From assembly GCF_006345805.1 (NCBI RefSeq), contig NC_043001.1:77624001-77688000 (forward strand): 64,000 nt of DNA, in the 5' to 3' direction. This DNA is from Octopus sinensis (lineage: Eukaryota). The translations under genes were made by a program, and so were the position numbers. Below the pieces are notes generated by a model, which had not been told where the DNA came from, ran no database searches, and saw only the letters and a list, made by a program, of their open reading frames with translations. Position 1 is the first letter of the stretch; the number at the start of each line of letters is the position of its first letter. Positions 56,455 to 64,000 of the stretch are shown here, piece by piece.

Positions 56455-57022
56455 CATTTCTACTCTAGGCACAAGGCCCGAAATTTTGGGGGAGGGGGCC
56501 AGTCGATTCGATCGTCCCTTGTACGCAAATGGTACTCAATTTATCGACCCCGAAAGGATGAAAGGCAAAGTCGACCTCGGCAGAATTTGAACTCAGAACA
56601 TAAAGACAGACGAAATTCCGCTAAAATTTTGCCCGGTGTGCTAACGTTTCTGCCAGCTCACCACCTTTTTAGTTAAAAATCTTATCCTAAAACTGATGGC
56701 CTTGTGCCGAAATCAGAAATCTGTATACGTACTTATGATTCTATTTTTTTGTACATTCTTGAATGAATATCTCATATTACATTATACATAAGATAATACA
56801 AATTTTCCTACTGTAGTCAAAAGTCCTGAAATTTGATCGCTTCAAACTCTGGCAAAGGGATCAGTTGATTACATCGATACCAAGACACAACCGGAGTTTA
56901 TTGTATTGAAATGATAAAAGACGAAGTTTATCTCAGTGGAATTTGAACTCAGAACGTAAAGACGGACGAAATGCCACTAAGCATTTGCCCGCGTGTTAAG
57001 GATTCTGCAAGATCACCGCCTT
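56455..57022 (-). mobile_element. Two SINE family B copies (56455-56667 and ~56810-57022)
   Basis: Family B head and centre; the second copy abuts (AAT)n. Confidence 0.8.
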
Positions 57023-57056
<34 letters not shown>

Positions 57057-57149
57057 TAATAATAATAATAATATAATATAATAATAATCATAATAATAAT
57101 AATAATCATAATAGTAATAGTAGTAATAATGATAATACAAATCATGATT

Positions 57150-58672
57150 GAATGGCTGAAAATTAAAGAAACCAGTACCCAAAATTTCGTAACTCTAACC
57201 AAAACCTAGAAGTAATTGGTAAAATCTGCCTTGCACTTCGGGAAATAATTTCAGTTAATGATACTGATATTACAGATCTAAACCACTTGTGCTATACATC
57301 CGCAAAGACCTCAACGATTCTATGTGGTGAAAATATAAGAAAATGACAACATTGTTACAAAAAGCCTACTTGGCAAGAACGTATTCAGTCTGACACAGAA
57401 TGTTTTGAAGATCCTTAAGAATGACAAGACTATCAATCCAACAAAAATCCGAAAATTAAAGAAAAAGTGTAAAATGAAACCATACTTGACATTGAAACCA
57501 CCATAGAAATTATCAAGCAAAAGGTATGTGCTAAAGCTGCCCGGATAGTATGGTATGAAAAATGCGCGAGATTCTTCAAAAACATGTTAAAAAATGACGC
57601 CAAAAATGTTTAGAGGAAGATAGGGAAAATACCAGTTACAGTAAAATCTGTCCCATCAAAAGAAAAATTGCAGGAATTTTGGAATAAAATTTAGGCAGAA
57701 GAAAAAATAACTCACAATAAAAAGCAAAAGTGTGATGGCTTCAAGGTAGAGGATGTAAGATCTGCTCTCAGGAAATCAAGCATATGGATATCTCCAGGAA
57801 AGGATAAAATTCTTAACTTCTGGTTGAATGCCTTCCTAGAAAGTCATGAACTGCTAACAAAACTTAACAACAATCTTTTGCAGCAACCAAATATGATTCT
57901 CTCTTGACTAATTAATGGTATTACATTCCTACTTCCAAAAAATATGAAGAAACAAATGAACCAAAAATTTATGGACCCATAACCTGCTTAACAACAATAT
58001 ATAAAATACTAATATTTGTCATGATTGAATATACCTATAGCTTTTTAATAGAAAGTGGCAACACGGCTGTAAATGTGGGTCCTATGGTCGAAAACATTAG
58101 CTACTCATCAATAAGATGATCTTGGAAGATTGTCACAAACCACACAAACATTTATCGATAGCCTGGTTAGACCATAAAATAGCTTTTCATATTCTACCAC
58201 ATAGCTAGATTAAGAAATGTCTGGAATGTATAAAATAGCACCTAGTTTGTGAAACGTCTTGACTTTGAACAGTAACAATGAATTTCTCAATGCAGGAGTC
58301 GTAAGAATTTCATGTGGTATTTTCTAGGGTGACTCTCTATCACCACTACTCTTGATGATGTACAATATGGTTATAAATGTTTGATAAAAATATGAATCAT
58401 CTCATTGCCATAAGTGACCAACAACTATAGGACTTACTAGCAATTGTTAAACAATTCAATGATTACTCAGGATGCAATTTGGCCAAGGTAAATGTGCAAA
58501 AGCTACCTTTATCACAAGGAAAAGGGTGGAAACATCCAACGTTAATCTTGACCAACAGAATGTCACAATGAAGTTAGAACCACCGGAGGGCTACAATTAC
58601 TTAGGAATATTTGATGGTGATGGAATCAAACATTCAATGATGAGGGAAGGGATCAGAAAAAGTGTTATCTCA
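57150..58672 (+). mobile_element. Decayed R4/Dong-type LINE RT region
   Basis: SPGKDKI, PITCLTTIYKIL, LLINKMILEDC, GIF.GDSLSPLL, FGQGKCAK and YNYLGI motifs; starts right after (AAT)n. Confidence 0.8.
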
Positions 58673-60082
58673 GGGTAGGCATGATCTGTTTTGGTTTTCG
58701 ATAGACCCAGAACTGCAGCTGTGTTATAGGGACGAGCTGAGGGTAAACACATTTAAAATACTGAACCACATCATATTACCGTCAACGAAAAGCTGGAGAT
58801 GCCCTGACCCTCACCACATGTTGCATCTTCAGCCACGGTATGCGCTGCCTTCCATGTCATGTGTGTCGATGGCAAATGAACCGCCTGGCCAGTTGAATGG
58901 ATCTCTTCAACTAAAAGCCTCTGACAAGACGTAAACCGGCGAACCGGTGAAACAGCTAAATACGTAAGAGGATACCGACAAATAAATAAAACGAAATCAA
59001 TTTTATAAACTTGGTTTAATGCATTTATTATATTTCGTGAGTGTCTTCTAATCAAATTTATTGTTTAATACATGTATCATATGTGAAACCTCTTAATAAA
59101 ATACAGCCGTGAGTTCTGAGAAAGTAGTGTCTTCGGCAGGCAATTCTTGCGTGTTGTAAATCCAAATTACGCTTCATTGGGGAATATCAAATGATAACAC
59201 CTTAGCGCACAAATATAAAATGAAAAAGAGAATTCGTGTCGGCATACAGACACAAACCCTGTCTTTCTTTGAACGTTTTGCTAAATCTATTCGAAAAAGT
59301 ATTCTGGCCATATGAAACATCAGATGTCATGTCACCATCTTTTTCGCTTCAACACGAACAACACTCCACAGGCGTTCAATATGTCTATAGTCTTCACTCT
59401 TAGCATGAAACACTTGTAAATGTGTGTTTGACTGCGTGTGAGAGTGTGTTTCAACATGTACGTGCATAAATATCTGAAATGAATAAGCTACGAATAGCAT
59501 ACATATAGGTACGAAGACCACACACACACACACACACACTTGCATGCACAAACACACATACATACACTGTAATAAAACAAAATCTGCAAAAGATTGCTTC
59601 TCTTAAATTTTCATTCACATTGGCCAATTTCTAAAGGCGTGTGTAATTAATGCACGGTGTGTTGAATATGCACGAATTCAGACACACATACATTTATACA
59701 TAGTAAGTACATAAAAATGTACATAAACATATATATGTAGATATACGAGGAAGGGAGAGAGAGAGACATGGAAAAAAACACAGCTAGAGTGGCAGTGACA
59801 GAAAGAATAAGAATGTGAGAGAAGGTGCTCGTGTATATATTTGTACTAGCCTATGGAATGTGTGCTCATGTTCTCTACAATTGAGTTTGTGTGACTACAT
59901 GTGAATATATATACATAAATTTGGCGGAGATGACTTAATCCTCTGTACATGCAGATTATTTTACATCCATCTTGTATATATAAATATATAGATATTTTAT
60001 ATATATATAAGATACAGCTATGCAGATATATGTGTGTTGTTTGTTTGTCTCTCTCTGTCTGAATATATATATATATATATAG

Positions 60083-60117
<35 letters not shown>

Positions 60118-60481
60118 ATATATGTGTATATATATATATGTATATATGTATGTTAATGCATATATATAAGCATAGCAACATATACGTATATACTTGTATA
60201 AATACATACATAAAAAATTATATGTAAATGTATGTGTATACGTATGTATGTGTGTGAGAGAGAGATAGAGAGGGAAAGAGCGAAAAAGAGTGAAAGAGAG
60301 TGAGTGACAGAGGGAGATGTATATTTTATGCAACTAATCACGCTCATATGTACCCTTATACATATTCATGTATGCAAATTCATTTATTTCATTACAGTAA
60401 ATCTCAAATTGATACATACACTCTCATACATACATACATACATACATAAAATATACATATATATGTATGATATAAGTATAT

Positions 60482-60519
<38 letters not shown>

Positions 60520-61169
60520 GCACATATACACACATAGATATATGTATGTATTTATATATACACGCCCTGCATTCTTCTGTATATTTTATGCGTATGTTGC
60601 TAACCAGTTAAAGATTTATGACGAGCCGGAAGCTACTGTGTAAAATGCAACCTTTAAAAAGAACACGATTGCACACTTAATGAAATATCGATCAGCAGAA
60701 CCTTGTTGAGATTAATGAGTCGTGAATTTGAACTAACAATCTTCAATTCATCTTTTCAAGACATTTTATTGTTATTATTTATTATTTTCTATATTTTTGT
60801 TATTTTTCGTAAATTTTTATTCTATGTTTCTTGTTTGTTGATTGCGCTTTTGCTTTTATTTTGCTACTTCATGTTTTGTTTTGTTTAATATAGATTCATA
60901 ATAGGGTGTTTTTGGTGAATTTTCGAGGTTACGTCTTAGTTATTTTTGTTTAAATGATATATATCATAAGCCATACTTTTTTTTTTCGATATTTTAAATA
61001 ATTTTATATTACTTTTTGTTTAGAAAAATTTCCGTTAGTTTTACTTTGAACATGAAATCTTTACAATTCCTAACTCGTTCTTTACATTAATATAACTCTA
61101 CACGAAAGAACACTTGGCCATAAACATCTTCGTACTTTGTCACTTCTTTAACTTCAGCCTCTTGCACTT

Positions 61170-61536
61170 CTTTTCTTCTTCTTCTTCTTCTTCTCTTCGT
61201 CTTCTTCTTCTTCTTCTTCTTCTTATTCTTCTTCTTCTTCTCTTCTTCTTCTTCTTCTTCTTCTTATTCTTCTCTCTTCTTTTTCTTCTTCTTCTCTCTT
61301 CTTCTTCTTCTTCGTCTCTTCGTTCTTATGCTTCTTCTTCTTCTCTTCGTCTCTTCTTCTTTTTCTTCTTCTTCTTCTTCGTCTTCTTCTTCTTCTGTCT
61401 TCTGCTTCTTTCTCTTCTTCTTCTTCTTCGTCTTCTTCTTCTTCTTCTTCTTCGTTTCTTCTTCTGTCTTCTTCTCTCTTCTTCTTCTCATCACCTTTTC
61501 TTATCCACACACCAACCCACCACCACCATACCATCA

Positions 61537-61590
<54 letters not shown>
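61170..61590. repeat. Imperfect (TTC)n followed by (ATC)n microsatellite
   Basis: Directly visible. Confidence 0.95.
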
Positions 61591-61591
<1 letters not shown>

Positions 61592-62255
61592 ACGTCTTCT
61601 TCTTTTTCTTCTGTTACACTTTCTTTGTTTTAGATTTCTTCGTTTCTTCTAAGTATCTTCATCGACTTCTCTGCGTTCCCACTCTCTTCTTCCTCCTCCT
61701 CCTTTTCTCTCCTCCCCTTTTACATCATCCTCCCCCTCCTCCTCCATCTTTTTCATCATTTTCTTGTTGTTTTTTCTTCCTTCTCGTTTTCGTCCTCCTT
61801 TTCTCCTCCATCTCCACTTTTACATTATCCCTGTTATAGCAGTCACTATTTTATCACATCCAGCAGAACCATTGATAATTCCTTTCCTCTGGATGAGGTT
61901 GTTTTCCCGTAAATTTTCCAGAGAAATAGGGTAAAGTGAAAGAGATATGGTTGACTCAGGTGATAGGTCTATGCTAAATAATTACATTTAGACTGGGGTG
62001 GGGAAACACCTCAGGTGTCTAAGAGCAGTTGCACTTGATAGTAAATAAACACACGAATCTCGGTGTTTTCACTGCTGACATTAGGTGGATGCTTGCTTAT
62101 TGAAATTTGATATCTTAATATCTGTTCTATGTTATCTGCTAGCTTAATGACCCGGTAATGGGGTTGATGGAATTGGCTGGCACTCCCCTCTACAGTCCCT
62201 GGGCTTGAACCAAAATTTATAATTATCATTATAATTATTGTTGTTCTAGTTTTGC

Positions 62256-62312
<57 letters not shown>

Positions 62313-62349
62313 CTTGTCCTTCAATTACGTAACCATGTCTTCTTAAAAC

Positions 62350-62567
62350 CTCTTTTACTCTCTTTTACTCTTTTATTTGTTTCAGTCATGTGACTGTGGC
62401 CATGGTGGAGCACCGCCTTTGGTCGATTAAATCGACCCCAGGACTTATTCTTTCCAAGCCTAGTACTTATTCTATCGGTCTCTTTTACCGAACTGCTAAG
62501 ATACGGGGACGTAAACACACCAGCATCTGTTGTGAAGCGATATTGGGGGAGAAACACAGACACACAA

Positions 62568-62638
<71 letters not shown>

Positions 62639-62750
62639 CGGCTTTTGTGTGTTTCTTAAATGGCTTATAAACACCTTCCACGCTGCAATTGTTTTCGTTT
62701 CAGCACACGATCTCAGATCAAATTACTTGCTATGCGGGTACATCTCCGTA

Positions 62751-62781
<31 letters not shown>

Positions 62782-62840
62782 CGCATATATACATATATAC
62801 GATGTGGAAAGCTACTTACCACACAGCCACTCCTACGCCT
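62350..62840 (-). mobile_element. SINE family A (3' half plus head remnant)
   Basis: 62350-62560 colinear with 4663-4880; AAGCTACTTACCACACAGCCACTCC at ~62810. Confidence 0.75.
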
Positions 62841-62989
62841 AGGGCACAAAAAAATAGCTGAATACATTAATAGGACATTAAGATAAACACACCAGGTTAT
62901 TCATTTACAGATTGTCCCTTGCATGTGGTAGAAAAAAGGAGAAAAAAGTCAGAAAGGAAAAGGAAGAAAGAATGCAAGAAAATCTTTTA

Positions 62990-63160
62990 AATGAAGAAGC
63001 CCACGCAGAAGTTGAAGGGGTCAGAAAGGAAAGATAATTCACTAATCCACAATGGCAATCGTCTCCTCAATACGTATGATGTACCAGTGAAGACAATCTT
63101 TTGCACTTCTTGTCTTAACTGGTACACACGCCGTATTGGGTACAGCATTGTCGCTGTGGA
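62990..63160 (-). mobile_element. R4/Dong-type LINE 3'-terminal fragment
   Basis: LRQEVQKIVFTGTSYVLRR resembles the element C-terminus (QKIALLGT.HILR). Confidence 0.55.
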
Positions 63161-63233
63161 TTTTCTTTTCCTATTTTCCTCCTCCTCCTCTCTTCTTCTT
63201 CTTCTCCTTCTTCTTTTTCTTCTTCTTCTTCTT

Positions 63234-63300
<67 letters not shown>

Positions 63301-63774
63301 ATCCCCTTCTTCTTGTAGTGGTGCATGTAGCTAAATAGTTAAATGATCTCTCTTGCAAGAAAGAATAGAGTTACCTCCCTTCCTTAGTTTCTCTAAGCAT
63401 CTTTGTCATGAATCTTAGTGTTTCTCGTTGAAGTTTCTAGAATCTCTAGCGTTCCATTAATAAAAACAGCTTGCTAAACCTGCTCTTCGCTTCTTAGTCG
63501 ATTAGACCTAGAGCCATTCACGTCACTGCTATGTCAGTCTATTTCTCTACACCATATGACTGAAAACTACCACTTAGCTGTTATTTCTACATTTCCTATC
63601 TCTGAATTTTCTTGCAGAGATTACTTCATTCAATTAGATTCTACATTTTGATTTTCATCATCGACCAGTAAATAAAATATATTTTTAAAGTAGTAAATAT
63701 ATAACTCTTGAATTTATTCTTCATCTCTATGTGAACAATTGTAATAACGTACACGCAGCCACATAAGCACCTTG

Positions 63775-63982
63775 TAGCGAACTGGCAGAATCGTTAGAAT
63801 GCCGGGCAAAATGCTTAGCGGTATTTCGTCTGTCTTTATGCTCTGAGTTCAAATTCCGCCGAGGTCAACTTTGTCTTTCATCCTTTCGGTGTCGATAAAT
63901 TAAATACCAGTTGCGTACTGGGGTCGATCTAATCGACTGAACACCTTCCAAATTTCAGGGCCTCTACCTACAGTAGAAAGGA
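63775..63982 (+). mobile_element. SINE family B
   Basis: GCGAACTGGCAGAATCGTTAG...GAGTTCAAATTCCGCCGAGG...AGTAGAAAGG, followed by ATC/ATT repeats. Confidence 0.85.
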
Positions 63983-64000
63983 TATCATCATCATCATTAT

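Overview
AT-rich eukaryotic DNA saturated with microsatellites and transposon remnants. The SINE families and repeat landscape resemble an octopus (cephalopod) genome; this is an inference from recall, not a database result. No host protein-coding gene could be identified, only a few weak minus-strand exon candidates, and nearly all ORF-track entries are microsatellite translations. Contents: (1) one TIR-bounded 3.75-kb hAT transposon (33612-37358) with a ZMYM1-like transposase whose only frame disruptions are deletions in short runs; (2) many R4/Dong-type RLE LINE remnants, mostly next to (AAT)n, best copy 26494-28718; (3) two Tx1-clade LINEs, one a young 3' fragment inside a (TATC)n array; (4) RTE, CR1-like, mariner and Tc1 fragments; (5) at least four tRNA-derived SINE families. 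The most interesting signal is a set of short non-coding elements carrying minimal hammerhead ribozyme motifs of the Penelope/retrozyme type: an intact-looking type I motif at 40949-41029 in a ~534-bp partial-tandem unit, a second at 54144-54178, and a TSD-flanked element (18990-19420) that joins a Pol III tRNA head to a hammerhead-bearing tail plus an inverted tail copy.
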